Assembly: GCA_964016885.1 (NCBI GenBank)
Contig: OZ024743.1
Span: 31,992,001-32,056,000, forward strand
Direction: 5' to 3'
Source: Eledone cirrhosa
Lineage: Eukaryota
DNA: 64,000 bases
In this document: piece by piece, positions 12,780-25,721 of the stretch
How positions within the stretch are numbered: position 1 is the first letter of the stretch
Layout of the letters: every line of letters starts with the position of its first letter
Made by a program: the position numbers and the translations under genes
Notes under the pieces: generated by a model
Seen by the model: only the letters and a program-made list of their open reading frames with translations
Databases searched by the model: none
Told to the model about the DNA's origin: nothing

Positions 12780-14240
12780 CAACGTACCTAAACCTAGTTA
12801 TGGGAGAGGAAGATTTATGAGGAGTCACTAAAAGATTTTGGAGTCAAATTTTATTTAACCTACAATAAAACTGGAAACGTGTTCTTCATTACAGCTTCAT
12901 CTTATGGAACGAGATGGTAAATAAGCTGTAGGATTTTTTAAACATTATAAGCACCATAAATGCTAATATTCAATTCACGGTGGAGTTTTGCAAAGAACAA
13001 CTCCTTTCTGTAGATATGTTGATAGAGATAGAGAGGGGCAGATGGAAACGAATATATATTATATATCCAGAAACTCAAAATAACACTTTTCTATTCAAAT
13101 CTTGCCATCCTAGACATTCACGAACACATATTCATTTTCCTTTGGCGAAACTAATATGCACAGTTATTTCCAATCGAACAATACGAAGCCAAATGCTGAC
13201 TGAATTACAACATATCTTAATCCCCCGAACATTTTCCTTTAGTGAAAAGTCGAATAGGAAGAGGGAAATACATAAATATTCAAGATTTACTAACGGTAGG
13301 AAATAAACCAACGTAAAAACACACTTTTATTTATTATCACCATGAAGTGAGAGGAATATTGAAATATATAATCATATTCATAGGAATCTGTCCAGTTTGT
13401 ATGTTGAGAGAAGATTTTTTTTTTTTCAATCTTAGAGAATCACCAAATTATAAAGAGCAAGTGACATTCAATACCAAAAATTACTTACAAGTACAAACAT
13501 TCACAGATATATTCCCGATTCACGAGTAAGAAAATGTGGAAGACGTAATTTGAATATATACTGGAAGGCTTGGAATTCTGATTCGAATATGAACAAATTT
13601 TGAACTTAAAGAGTTTCACATGTTCACCTGGTAATCACGACTATGTTTAACATGCTGTGGATATACATGAAATTACATCAGAATAACTACGAAAATGGTT
13701 GATTGTCCACCAACAACAAATCCAAGAGAAACAAGTAATATACCACTGAGGAGATATATAGAAAAATACAGAGGGAGAGATTTCATCATTTTCAGAATTT
13801 TTTGACTTTATAAATTTGCAGATACCTTTACAGAAGAAAAAAAATAAACTAGGAAAAATGAATAATTAACAAACATAAAATGTAATTATATGTTTAGAAA
13901 TATAATATTCTACGAAAATTCTCCCTTGCAATGCCACGTGATAGTCATAGGGTTCCACTATAAAGTCAAAGTTTAAAGGACTAGATTCTTTCAGAGACGG
14001 CTTTTCTCGTCTCATCAATGCGAGCCAACCGAAGTCAAATCTATCCTCTATTTTCTGTTCTATTTCCCTTAATCCTGTTATCTTATATGTCTAATGTTAC
14101 AGTCAACACCTGATGGAATCGCCTACGTCTTGTATCATGATCGGATTATCCAACTGAGCCATTGAAATACGTATGGTGTGTTTACAAAAAATAAAAAATT
14201 TAAAGAATGTTTCCAGTCCGGCCTTTTGCTGTGCTGTTTA
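12780..14240 (+). mobile_element. heavily decayed PLE with terminal HHR-like repeat
   Basis: IQFTVEFCKEQL..FKSCHPRHS..ICT resembles 15920-16880; terminal repeat 14095-14240 recurs inverted at 17912-18055. Confidence 0.65.
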
Positions 14241-14272
14241 TATATATATATATTTATATATATATATATATA

Positions 14273-14699
14273 TGGGAGGAGGTTATAGTTCACTTGAAGC
14301 ATTGTGTAATGAGGTATAAACGTTAGAATATGTGTAATAAGGCCAAGACAATGCAGATATGGACATAGAAAAAAGAATGCAATAGTGAGAGATATTGATG
14401 AGAATTCGTCTTTCACCTTGAATTTATTTAAATGTCCTTAATTTTCGAGATAATATCTCTTCTTCGGAGGGAAGTAAAAGTCTCAGACCAGCGTCTAAAT
14501 TTCCAATGAAGCCATTGGAAATTTAGACGCTGGTCTGAGACTTTTACTTCCCTCCGAAGAAGAGATATTATCTCGAAAATTAAGGACATTTAAATAAATT
14601 CAAGGTGAAAGACGAATTCTCATCAATATCTCTCACTATTGCATTCTTTTTTCTATGTCCATATCTGCATTGTCTTGGCCTTATTACACATATTCTAAC

Positions 14700-14706
<7 letters not shown>
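14273..14706. mobile_element. fold-back of PLE terminal repeat (family of 52376-54420)
   Basis: About 194-bp perfect arms 14315-14509/14514-14706; cct-CCGAAGA(14554)-a-gagat-att-atctc-GAAA-a-TTA-agg. Confidence 0.9.
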
Positions 14707-14747
<41 letters not shown>

Positions 14748-14880
14748 GTGAGTTTTTTTTTTACAAAATGAAAAATAACCGAGGTGTCCTACACGAGTGA
14801 AAGTATAAAGAAAAAAAGATGAAATCGAAAATGCAACTGGAGTCTTATTTTTTTTTTAAATATATATATTTATTTGGTTC

Positions 14881-14916
14881 CTTTACCGGTTTCGCAGTTC
14901 TTCTGCTTTTCAAAAG
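14881..14916 (-). ncRNA. minimal HHR with U3-A8 core
   Basis: ctt-TTGAAAA-gcag-aagaa-ctgc-GAAA-ccg-GTA-aag; palindromic ACCGGT helix III. Confidence 0.7.
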
Positions 14917-15919
14917 TGGAGTTGAGATGGAGGGTCTGTGGTTTTTCTCACATCTGTTTGGTCTCTGTATGTTACTTGTTTTATATGGAAAATGTGGCTC
15001 GAAAGCCAGGTTTTTCGAGAAGTAATTTGATTGGTTGGTCAATAATTATAATAAATTTCGCGCCAGTTCGCGTTACAAAGTTCTTCAAACAAGGGGGGGG
15101 GATGTCACAGGTTTGTTTTTTCATATATGAGTGTTTGAATTTCTTTTTACTTGAAAAAAGGGGCTCACGAAGGCTTTTTTTTAATAAACGTAATTTGATT
15201 GGTTATAAATGAAATTATGGCTGTCACGTGTGTGCGTGTGTGTGTGTGTGTGTGTTGTGTGTGTGTGTTTGAATTTCTTTTTATTTAAAAAAAGGGGCTC
15301 ACGAAGGCTTTTTTAAATAAACGTAATTTGATGGCTGTCACATGAAGAAGTTTTCATTAAATTTTCGCGCCCTTATTTGGAAATCTATTCTGTAGCCTTT
15401 TTAGAGAATTTTATGACAAGCAAAAGATAATGGTCAAGAGAAATGGGATGGGATAATTGTTCTGGTTCAGTGAATATGGTTAGTTCGCTGGGATGTCAGA
15501 ATTCAGATTTTCTATTGAATAAAGAAAGTAAAGATATGTATGTTTATTTGTGTGCTTGTGTGTGTGTGTGTGTGTATTGGAAGATGATTCTATTAGTAGA
15601 AATGGGGGAGGGAGTTGTGTTTGTGGGTGTGGGGGTTGTTATGTGTGTGTATGGCTGTTATGTGTGTGGGATTATGGTTAGATGAAGAGAATATATATAT
15701 ATTGTGTGTGTGTGTGTAGGAAAATGATTCCTTTAGTAGGAATATTTTTGAATGAACATATTTTCCTTACTTATTCGTATTCGTTCTGTTGTATTGTCAG
15801 TGCAAACGTATGTTAAGGTTTATTTAGTTCGGGTTTTTATTTTCTAAAGTAGAAGGTGTTATGTGTGTGTATGTGTCTGTTTGGATGGTTAGCATGTTAT
15901 GGTGTTGACATAATGTATA

Positions 15920-16880
15920 TTAAACCATATTTAATGCTGGTCTATATTTTTGAATAAATATATTTTCCTTATTTATTCGTATTTGTTCTGTTGTATTGTT
16001 AGCGCAAAGGTAAAATGGGAAGACTTGGAATTTGGGTGTCTTATTACTTGCGCAAATGTCTAAATGTACGCTTAGTGGTATCTGTCTCGTGGTTGGATCT
16101 CGTAATTGTTGGCGATGAACTGTCATTCTGTTTCTGAGTGTGAGTTTAGTTTGTCCTATATAATCTTCATTGCATCCTTTACATTTAATGGCATAAAGTA
16201 GATTTTTTGATGAGCAAGTGAAGTGATTTTTTACAGTAAAATTTTGTCCTGATTTAAATGTATACCTGTTGCCTTCAATGAGGTGAGTGCAGGTTCCACA
16301 ATTAGAGCGACCACATTTTTTGACACTTGGTTGTGGGTTTGTGGTAGGTAAGTTGGCATTGGTGAGTAATGTTTTCAGTGATTTCGGTTGTCTTTTGCTT
16401 TTGATTATTTTGTGTGTTTCAAGGGCTTTTTTCATTCTTGAGTTTTGTTTTAGCAGTGGGATGTTCTTGTGAATAGTTTTGTAAGCTTCCGCATTTCTAG
16501 GGTTGTGTGTTAAGATATATGATAGAATATTGGACGTACCTTGAATTTGTTTCTGTTTTCGTAATTCATCAATACCTATTGCTTTAGCCCTTTCTATTCC
16601 ATTATTTATTAGTAATAGTGGGTACTCTCTTTCGAGTAGAATTTCCTTTAAGTCTTGAAGTCTTTTATTTCGCGTTTCATAATTGGAGACAATTGTGCAC
16701 ATTCTTCTTGCTAGGTTAAAAGGAATGTTCGATTCGTGTGTTTGGATGGTTGGAGGTGAATAGCAGGTATTGTTTGGAATCTGTTGGTTTATAGTGTATG
16801 TCAGTTTCGATATTTGTGTCTTTTTTTAAGATTAAGATGTCCAGAAATGGGAGTTGATCTTGGCTGTATTCCATTGTGAA
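15920..16880 (-). pseudogene. PLE RT thumb plus GIY-YIG endonuclease
   Basis: LPFLDI, YKPTD..YL..S.HP upstream of ORF 15920-16702 (KCGRSNCGTC, LLYAIKC..C...YIGQT...RNRM..H). Confidence 0.9.
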
Positions 16881-16892
16881 ATATATATATTA

Positions 16893-17862
16893 TCTGAGTT
16901 TTTCGAATATTAATAATAACATTTGATTCGTTTGCAATTATGCAAACAAACCTCAGTTTTATAGCCATGTCAGTAGAATGAACACTTCATTCTTGCTCTG
17001 GTGGTGGCATGCGAACATAACTGCTGACACAAATGTTTCTGGGTATCACCTTTCATCAGTACAGCTCACTGTTCACCTACAAAACTGTCAGAGCGAGTGA
17101 AAATATATGGTATTGTCAAAAATACACAGTGACTGATCGGCGTGATGTGCATGTCAGCAGACTGGCTGATCAGTCAGATCTGCATATTAGCAGATCCACT
17201 GATAAGCCAGATTTGCATATCAGCAGACTGGCCAGTCACTTCCCTGTATACGAGCGATAAATGATTTGCCGAATTAAAAAAAAAAGAAAATTTTCGCTCT
17301 ACATGGCTGAATGCAATAAATGTAACCTGAGTTTTTCGAATATTAATAATAACATTCGATTTGTTTGCAATTATGCAAACAAGTCTCAATTTTATAGGCA
17401 TGTCAGTAGAATGAACACTTCATTCTTGCTCTGGTGTTGGCATGCGAACAGAACTGCAGACACTAATGTTTCTGGGTATCACCAAAGCTGGCCATTTATC
17501 GCTCGTATACAGGAAACTTACTGGCCAGTCTGCTGATATGCAAATCTGGCTGATCAGTGGATCTGCTAATATGCAGATCTGACTGATCAGCCAGTGTGCT
17601 GACAAGCACATCACGCCGATCAGTAACCGTGTATTTTTGACAATACCATATATTTTCACTAGCTCTGACAGTTTTGTAGGTGAACAGTGAGCTGTACTGA
17701 TGAAGGGTGATACCCAGAAACATTAGTGTCTGCAGTTCTGTTTGCATGCCAACACCAGAGCAAGAATGAAGTGTTCATTCTACTGACATGGCAATAAAAT
17801 TGAGGCTTCTTTGCATAATTGCAAACGAATCGAATGTTATTATTAATATTCGAAAAACTCAG

Positions 17863-17863
<1 letters not shown>
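16893..17863. mobile_element. three-part PLE terminal-repeat fold-back
   Basis: 16893-17263 inverted at 17492-17863, extra partial direct copy 17327-17482. Confidence 0.88.
17689..17738 (+). ncRNA. type I hammerhead ribozyme, canonical core
   Basis: gagctgta-CTGATGA-a-ggg-tgata-ccc-a-GAAA-cattagt-GTC-tgcagttc (8-bp helix I). Confidence 0.85.
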
Positions 17864-17915
<52 letters not shown>

Positions 17916-18093
17916 AGCACAGCAAAAGGTCGGACTGGAAACATTCTTTGAATTTTTATTTTTTGTAAAAACACCATACGTATTTCAATGGCTCAGTATG
18001 ATAATCCGATTATGATACAAGACTTAGGCGATTCCATCACGTGTTGACTGTAACAGGATTACATTTATTGTATTCAACCATGTAGAGCGAAAT

Positions 18094-18215
<122 letters not shown>

Positions 18216-18226
18216 ATATATATATA

Positions 18227-18600
18227 AATATACAATATATTAACAAATGGAAACTATATTTACAAAACCATATTTATTTTATTATACATATTTCAAGGGG
18301 CACCAAGGCAAACTATGGTGCGCTTTCTGGAGATTCCAACCAGAATGGTTGCATTTTTTCAGGGTATGTCAATATTTATTTATGAAACTAACCTATATTA
18401 TATTTTATCTGATGAAAGCGCACCATGGTTTGCTTTGGTGGCCCTTGAAATATGTATAATGAAATAAATATGGTTTTATAAATATAGTTTCCATTTGTTA
18501 ATATATTGTATATTTACTCCAATAATTTATTGAGTGCTTTATATCAGTTATAAAAATATTTTGCTTGTTGTATCCCAACAAATTAAATCTAACCTCTACA
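18227..18600. mobile_element. fold-back with HHR at 18401-18466 (+)
   Basis: Arms 18227-18327/18414-18514; tattttat-CTGATGA-...cacca/tggtg...-GAAA-tatgt-ATA-atgaaata. Confidence 0.85.
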
Positions 18601-18629
18601 TATATATATAAATATATATATGTGTGTGT

Positions 18630-18687
<58 letters not shown>

Positions 18688-18732
18688 GCAGGAAGGTCTT
18701 ACTGCAACACATTATATTAGAATTGCAGTGAA

Positions 18733-18955
18733 GGGCGGTGGATTGGCAGTATCGGTAGAGAGTCGGACACCATGGTTTGCAGCATAGAATTACAGTCTTT
18801 TTTTATCTGAGTTCTAATCCCGCCGAGGTTAACTTTGCCTTTCATCCTTACGGGGTCGATATAATAAAGTACCAGTCACGCACTGGGATCGATTTAACCG
18901 ACTTTCCCCTCCCCAAAAATTGCTGGCCATGTGCCAAAAGTAGAAACAATTATAT
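18733..18955 (+). mobile_element. tRNA-derived SINE (octopus-type family)
   Basis: B-box-like GAGTTCTAATCC followed by cgccgaggttaactttgcctttcatcc; related copies at about 2780-2900(-), 19500-19585(-), 27995-28116(+), 43545-43730(-), 50185-50400(+). Confidence 0.8.
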
Positions 18956-19588
18956 TATTATACAATAGCGGTTATACATATTTCCATATACTGACCGTGG
19001 TAGGGAAACATCACCGAAAAGCAACAGGTAGGTATATCACCAAAAGTTATACAGATACAGGCTGTCGGCGAAATTTTATCTATACGGTAACAGATACCAT
19101 GTAAATACGTATAACACCTATTGAATAATAAATATAATATGGTCAAGTAAAACCTTATTGACTTCTCCTTCATGATCATACTAGTAATTCGTTATTCACT
19201 AACTTGCAAGTTTTCATACCATACATGGAGACGTACACTAGCGTGGTGTACGAAATGCTGCTTACACAAGTATTTATTAATTAATTGAAACGAAATAATG
19301 ACCATAGTTCTATTATTTCTTTAACATGTACCTTTTCGGGGTCGTTGGGTAGCCGTTATAACATAAGGCGTTTCTTGGGCTTTTTTTAAACCTAGCGGAG
19401 CCCATCTTCTCGCCAGGTCCGAAAATAGCAGATTTCTTCCGAGGAATTAATGAGAGTGATAGAGAAGTAGCCAGAAAGAGATATGGAGAAAGAATCGATA
19501 CTGGTACAGAAATGGTTCTCTTTTTATCGGCCTCGCAAGGATAAAAGTAAAAGTTGATTTCGGCACAATTTGAACCCAAGGTGCAGCG

Positions 19589-19757
19589 AGTATGGTAGAA
19601 TATTAAATGTTAATTGAACAAGAACTTTCATGCTTTCGCAATCTGTCACAGTCGAAAATTGCAAACTTGACTGTCACCACTGAATGTGAACCTGAAGATT
19701 GCGAAAACATGAAAGTACTTGTTCTTGTTCAATTAACATTTAATATTCTACCATACT
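19589..19757. repeat. decayed fold-back with HHR-like remnant
   Basis: agtatggtagaatattaaatgttaattgaacaagaac inverted at 19721-19757; CTGA and ttgcGAAA remnants inside. Confidence 0.65.
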
Positions 19758-19831
19758 ATTTCATTATAATATCATTATAATTTTAAAGGATTGTAAATAA
19801 AACGAGTAAATAAGACAAAGTTGGAATTCTT

Positions 19832-19882
<51 letters not shown>

Positions 19883-19901
19883 ATGTATGTATATATATAT
19901 T

Positions 19902-19932
<31 letters not shown>

Positions 19933-19958
19933 GTATATATATATATATATATAATATA

Positions 19959-20044
19959 TATAGTAATAATAATAAAATTGAAGACTAAAATCCAAAGAGG
20001 ACTCGATAAGGAAAATATATATCAAATATATAAGAACCGTAGAG

Positions 20045-20050
<6 letters not shown>
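19959..20050 (-). repeat. solo terminal tail of the PLE family at 50529-52178
   Basis: Same roughly 90 bp at 50529-50612 and 63926-64000, each bordered by (TA)n. Confidence 0.85.
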
Positions 20051-20088
<38 letters not shown>

Positions 20089-20180
20089 AAGAGAGAGAGA
20101 AAGATACGTATGTCTTCAAATACAAATGATAAATTAACAGATGTACTATATATATATATAGAGAGAGAGAGGGGGGGATA

Positions 20181-20236
20181 GAAGAAGAAGAAGAAGAAGA
20201 AGAAGAAGAAGAAGAAGAAGAAGAAGAAGAAGAAGA
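20181..20236. repeat. (GAA)n microsatellite
   Basis: Direct inspection. Confidence 0.97.
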
Positions 20237-20699
20237 AAACTTTTGTTTTGTTTTCATTATGATCATCATCTTCATCACATCATTAGCAAGAAGTGTTTTG
20301 TAAAAAAATAATAGAGATAAGAGATCTTTGTGGAAATGGCTAGATCTGATAACATCCATCGAATATAATGCGAGGGAAAGAACATTCATTGTAAAATATT
20401 TAGAATAATACAACGTTGTTTTCCGTTCAGTGAAAGTGTTGTAACAAGAAACGTTATCTCGATATTGTTATACAAAAATAATGTTTCAGCTATATTCAAG
20501 AGGACCTCAATGTTTGGTGCATATTTTATGTATTTATTGTTAGATAATATTTATTTTATTTTTTTAGTCTGGAACGCATTATCGTTATAATTATAAATAT
20601 TTATCTCAAATAGCTTGCCGGACTCGACGACAAAAAACATTTAAAATTGATCCTCTCTTTCCTGAATATATAAATGTATACACACATACACATACCCAC

Positions 20700-20700
20700 C

Positions 20701-20779
<79 letters not shown>

Positions 20780-20790
20780 GTATATATGTT

Positions 20791-20842
<52 letters not shown>

Positions 20843-20854
20843 CATATGTATGTA

Positions 20855-20894
<40 letters not shown>

Positions 20895-21087
20895 TATACA
20901 CATAGATATGTATATATATACACACACACACACACATATATATATACATATATATGCGCATAGATATGTATATATATATACACACACATATATATATATA
21001 CACACACACATATATATACACATACATACATACATTTATGTATACATACATACATGTGTACATATTTATATATATATATATATATAC

Positions 21088-21178
<91 letters not shown>
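20700..21178. repeat. (TA)n/(TG)n compound microsatellite
   Basis: Direct inspection. Confidence 0.97.
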
Positions 21179-21181
<3 letters not shown>

Positions 21182-21496
21182 ATAGAGAATGAGAGTGATA
21201 TAGTGATAATGATGTATCCACAACGATATGTACTACTATTTTATCTTACAATATTTAAAACAAAATATTCATTTCCAAAATGAAACAGAAGATTATTTAT
21301 TCTTTTACTAGTTAAAACCACTGGATTGAGGTCATGCGCATGCTATGGCAAAGCTTTGATGAGTTTCTAGTCGATTACATAGACGTCAGTATTATTTTAC
21401 CGATCTCTAATTATCGAACGTCTAAATTGTGGAGCATGTAAACAGGCAGCACCCTAAAAGAGAAAGGTACACACGCCCAAAATCTCTCTCTCTCTT

Positions 21497-21594
<98 letters not shown>

Positions 21595-21608
21595 CCTCTC
21601 TCTTTCGC

Positions 21609-21639
<31 letters not shown>

Positions 21640-21720
21640 TTATAACAGTTCGGATCTACTTGTCGGAAAGTCCGGGGCTCAGCCGTCGGGGTCCTGACTC
21701 TTTTCCTATATATATATATG

Positions 21721-21761
<41 letters not shown>

Positions 21762-21774
21762 TTTTTTTTCTTCT

Positions 21775-21805
<31 letters not shown>

Positions 21806-21830
21806 AATATCTTCTTTTTTTTTTTTCTTT

Positions 21831-21883
<53 letters not shown>

Positions 21884-22299
21884 GGAATAGAATGAAACGA
21901 AATTTCATTTCTCACTCTTAATACGGCACTTACTTAAATGTAAGTATGTATGTATGTATACGTACATACATATATGTATACAGACGTACAGTAGTATGTA
22001 TATATATACATACATGCACACATATATATATGTATGCACGTATCGGTTTACCGAACATTTATTATAATGCTCGGTTTATTTGTTTGTAAATAAACAAACA
22101 GCCCAAATTACGCCGTACAGTGTTTAGGCAACTACGTCACCTTTTGGTTCAACACTGACACAGGAACGATGCACTAGTTTCAAGCTTATTAGCTATCGTC
22201 AGCATCGTATACCTTCCTGCATAAGGAAAGTATATACTTTCAGACGTTCAACCAATTCTAATTTTCAATTTCTGCTTGACCGGCAACCGCTCTGTATAA

Positions 22300-22585
22300 T
22301 CAGTTCCTGATTATTACTAGAATTCTATAAGAATCAAACATTTCCTGATTTTCAGCAAACAGGTGGAGAACTTAGCTTTGATAAGTACCAAACAGTACCA
22401 AACAGAGCTCTGTCAGCTTTATCTCCCCTGTTTGCTGAAAATTTAAAGTAAGTGAGACTGTCACTACTCTAAAACAATAGCGTAAGGTCTTCGAAATATT
22501 TTTAATTAAGCATACAGTGTATTGCAAAATACACTATATATACATTCATATATATATCGCTATTTCAGAGCACCAATTCTTATAT
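22300..22585 (+). mobile_element. terminal repeat with U3-A8 HHR (22374-22418), family of 59341-59655
   Basis: agct-TTGATAA-gtac-caaaca-gtac-CAAA-cagagctct-GTC-agct inside a long outer stem 22349-22441. Confidence 0.75.
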
Positions 22586-23135
22586 ATATATAATAGAGTA
22601 AAATGACAGGAGGCCAAATTGAGAGCAACAGGCTACCACAGGCTACCTTTGGGTCAAAAACAAAAAAAAAAAAACATTTTTTTTTCCTTCTGTGTTTTTC
22701 TCCTCTGCTTTTTACCTTAAAGCCTCTTGGAACGTGTTTACCATCAATCCTTTGCTATACAACTATTATGCAATATACAGCTGATGATGTCATCAGGTTC
22801 ATACGTAACATAGCAACTAAAATGTGCATAGTATTTTCAGAAATAAATAATTTAGCGAATTCAAACTGCCCGGCCTCCAGTAATTTTATTCTATAATATA
22901 ATATTTAACTCCGTTTCCGCACCAACAGCAGGATTCAACAACAAAGATGGATGATGTGCGCAATGTCGAGTGCTTTCCTACTATACATCAAGATTAACAT
23001 TGCAAAATGACCTATTCCACCCAGTGGTGACCCACTAATTTTAAACATATATATATATAACCTTCTCTCTCAGTCACCCTCTCCCCCTCTCTCTCTCTCA
23101 CTCTCTTTCTCTCTCTATATATATATATATATATA

Positions 23136-23355
23136 GGAAAAAGTATGACCCGACGGCAGAGCTCAAGCCGTTTCGACGGCTATTTCTGAACAGAAATAGT
23201 CCAGAAATAGCTCTTTGGGAAAAGACTAAGATGGAGAACTTTTTTCTACGATATGTCCAGAAATAGCCGTCGAAACGGCTTGAGCTCTGCCGTCGGGGAC
23301 CGTACTATAGTGCGTTATGGTCCATATGGTTCCTTACCACAATTCCTTTGTTATA
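23136..23355. mobile_element. mini fold-back, half-HHR family
   Basis: About 40-bp arms at 23148-23187/23258-23297; TA-flanked. Confidence 0.8.
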
Positions 23356-23362
23356 TAATTAT

Positions 23363-23442
<80 letters not shown>

Positions 23443-23502
23443 GCAAAAGACAGAAACATATATGTATATATATATATATATATATATGCAAAAGTTCTAT
23501 TT

Positions 23503-23948
23503 AAATTGTTGAGATACAACAAGCAAATATTTTTATAACTGATATAAAGCACTCAACAAATAATTGGAGTAAAAATACGATATTGACAAATGGAAACTAT
23601 ATTTATAAAACCATATTTATTTCATTATACATATTTGAAGGACACCAAGTTAAATTATGGTGTGCTTTCATCAGATAAAATATAATATAGAGCAGTTTTA
23701 TAAATAAATATTGACATACCCTTAAAGAATGCAACCATTACTGTTGGAAGCTCCCGGATAGAGCTATCCGGGAGCTTTCAACAGTAATGGTTGCATTCTT
23801 TAAGGGTATGTCAATATTTATTCATAAAACTGCTCTATATTATATTTTATTTTATCTGATGAAAGCACACCATAATTTAACTTGGTGTCCTTGAAATATG
23901 TATAATGAAAGAAATATGGTTTTATAAATATAGTTTCCATTTGTCAAT

Positions 23949-23952
<4 letters not shown>
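23503..23952. mobile_element. fold-back with two HHR copies (family of 18227-18600)
   Basis: Arms about 23579-23761/23764-23952; CTGATGA at 23856, GAAA at 23893. Confidence 0.88.
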
Positions 23953-23979
<27 letters not shown>

Positions 23980-25721
23980 TGAAAGAGTGAAAAATAACAT
24001 GGTCAACAATCAACAATACAAAAAGAGGTTTTATTTACATTCTAACAATTGTTTCATTGATCAAGTTGTCTAAAAATTGCTGAACACTTGGAACTGTGCC
24101 ACTCAATTTTAAATACGTTGTTAGCTTAACCAGATCATCGGAGAGACTGTTATATGTTCAGTTTTTACGAATTCAAATTACACCATCATTAATAATATTA
24201 ATAATAAAGAGAGAGAGAGAAAAAAAGAAAGAGAGATAAAGAAAGAAAAAGGAGAAAGGAAAAAAGAGAAAGATATAGAGAAAAAAGACAGAGAGAAAAG
24301 AGGATAGAAAGAGAAGGGAAAAGGATAAAGAAATGATTAAAAAGTAAAGAAAAAGAAAAATAAAGGGAAAAATAATGACAACAATAAATGAATAAATGCT
24401 AATGAATAAGTTACATCGAGGATGATACAAAACAATACAAAATATGAAAATAAATAAATAAAAAATATGCGAAGAAAAGTAAACATAGTATGATTATTGA
24501 GAGTAGTTGTGGTGTTGGTTGATACGAATGTATAAACAGGAAAATGTTAAATATATTCATGTGTGCATTGGTTATTTTAATACTTTAATTAGATAGTTAA
24601 TTAATTATTTGATTAATTAATTTTAAGTTATATTAGAAGTGAAAATAATACGATAAGATAAAATGTAAGAGATGAAATAAATTTAGGGAGAGAAATAGAA
24701 AGATAAAAATTGAAAGAGACAAATATAAAATATGAAATATAAAGGGTTATGATGTTGGTTCATTCACAGATGATAACAATAATAATAATACTGATGAGCA
24801 TAGGAAATTATAATAGATCTAAGTGGTACAGTTTGAGTTATGGAATAGATGGGATGAATTAAGTGGTCTAAAATTATCGAACTTGTTCGCCGTTTTATGC
24901 TTACAGAAAATAGTTCTTTCAATTTTGCTGTTAAATAGCATTGTGTTGTATTTTAAAATTTGGAATAGCTCCATATTACAAAGACCACAGTGGGACATGC
25001 CAATTCTATAGGCTATTGCCGTTGATAACTTCATCCAGCTGATTCTGTATTCCTGGTTTGCATCGTTGAGCTGCCAGACATCGTTGAGCTGCCAGATTTT
25101 ATTGGCGAGCGTCGTTGTATTCATAAGCTTCCTGTTATTTATAGAGTGTCTGTAGACATACCACCATTACTTGAACTCCCTCACTGTCGAACCTATGTAG
25201 TGCCATGCTAAGTTGCCTAAATTTATAGTATATAGGTACACTATATTTTACTCTAGGCATCTATTTTGTAATGGGTATTTATCAGGTAGATGGCAGTTAC
25301 ATTTTGATGCTTTCCTATGTGCCGGTTCCGCGATATGGTTTTGTATGTTGTTATGTATGGGCTGAGAATTGGGTTTGGTTATGTGTTCCGACGTGTGTTT
25401 GGTTGTGATGATATTATGTGTTTGTGTTTTATATTTGGTGTTATGGTACTTGTTTGTGGGCTACTTGTATTAGAAATTATCTTATAGTTAATTTCATGTA
25501 TGTGCGGTTCTATGTTGTTGGCAGTGGAGTAAGATAGTTTGATAGTATTTCTATTAAAGATTTTATGATATTTATGAAGTTTAGGGAAGTGTTTGTCAAT
25601 TAATTTAAAGAAAGTATAAGGTAGTTTTGTTTTTATAGAGGAGTTAAATATTGGATTGAACCATAAGTATTTTCTATCTCTGCATCTTCTATAGTTTCTA
25701 GTGATCGTTATATTAGTATTC

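Larger units (their letters stand above)
14745..16880 (-). mobile_element. Penelope-like element (Neptune-type), 5-prime truncated
   Basis: RT thumb plus EN, 3-prime UTR, terminal HHR, TA on both sides. Confidence 0.9.

Noticed and set aside
17130-17240. CRISPR-like array
   Set aside because: Irregular degenerate subrepeats in a eukaryotic retroelement terminus; no cas genes
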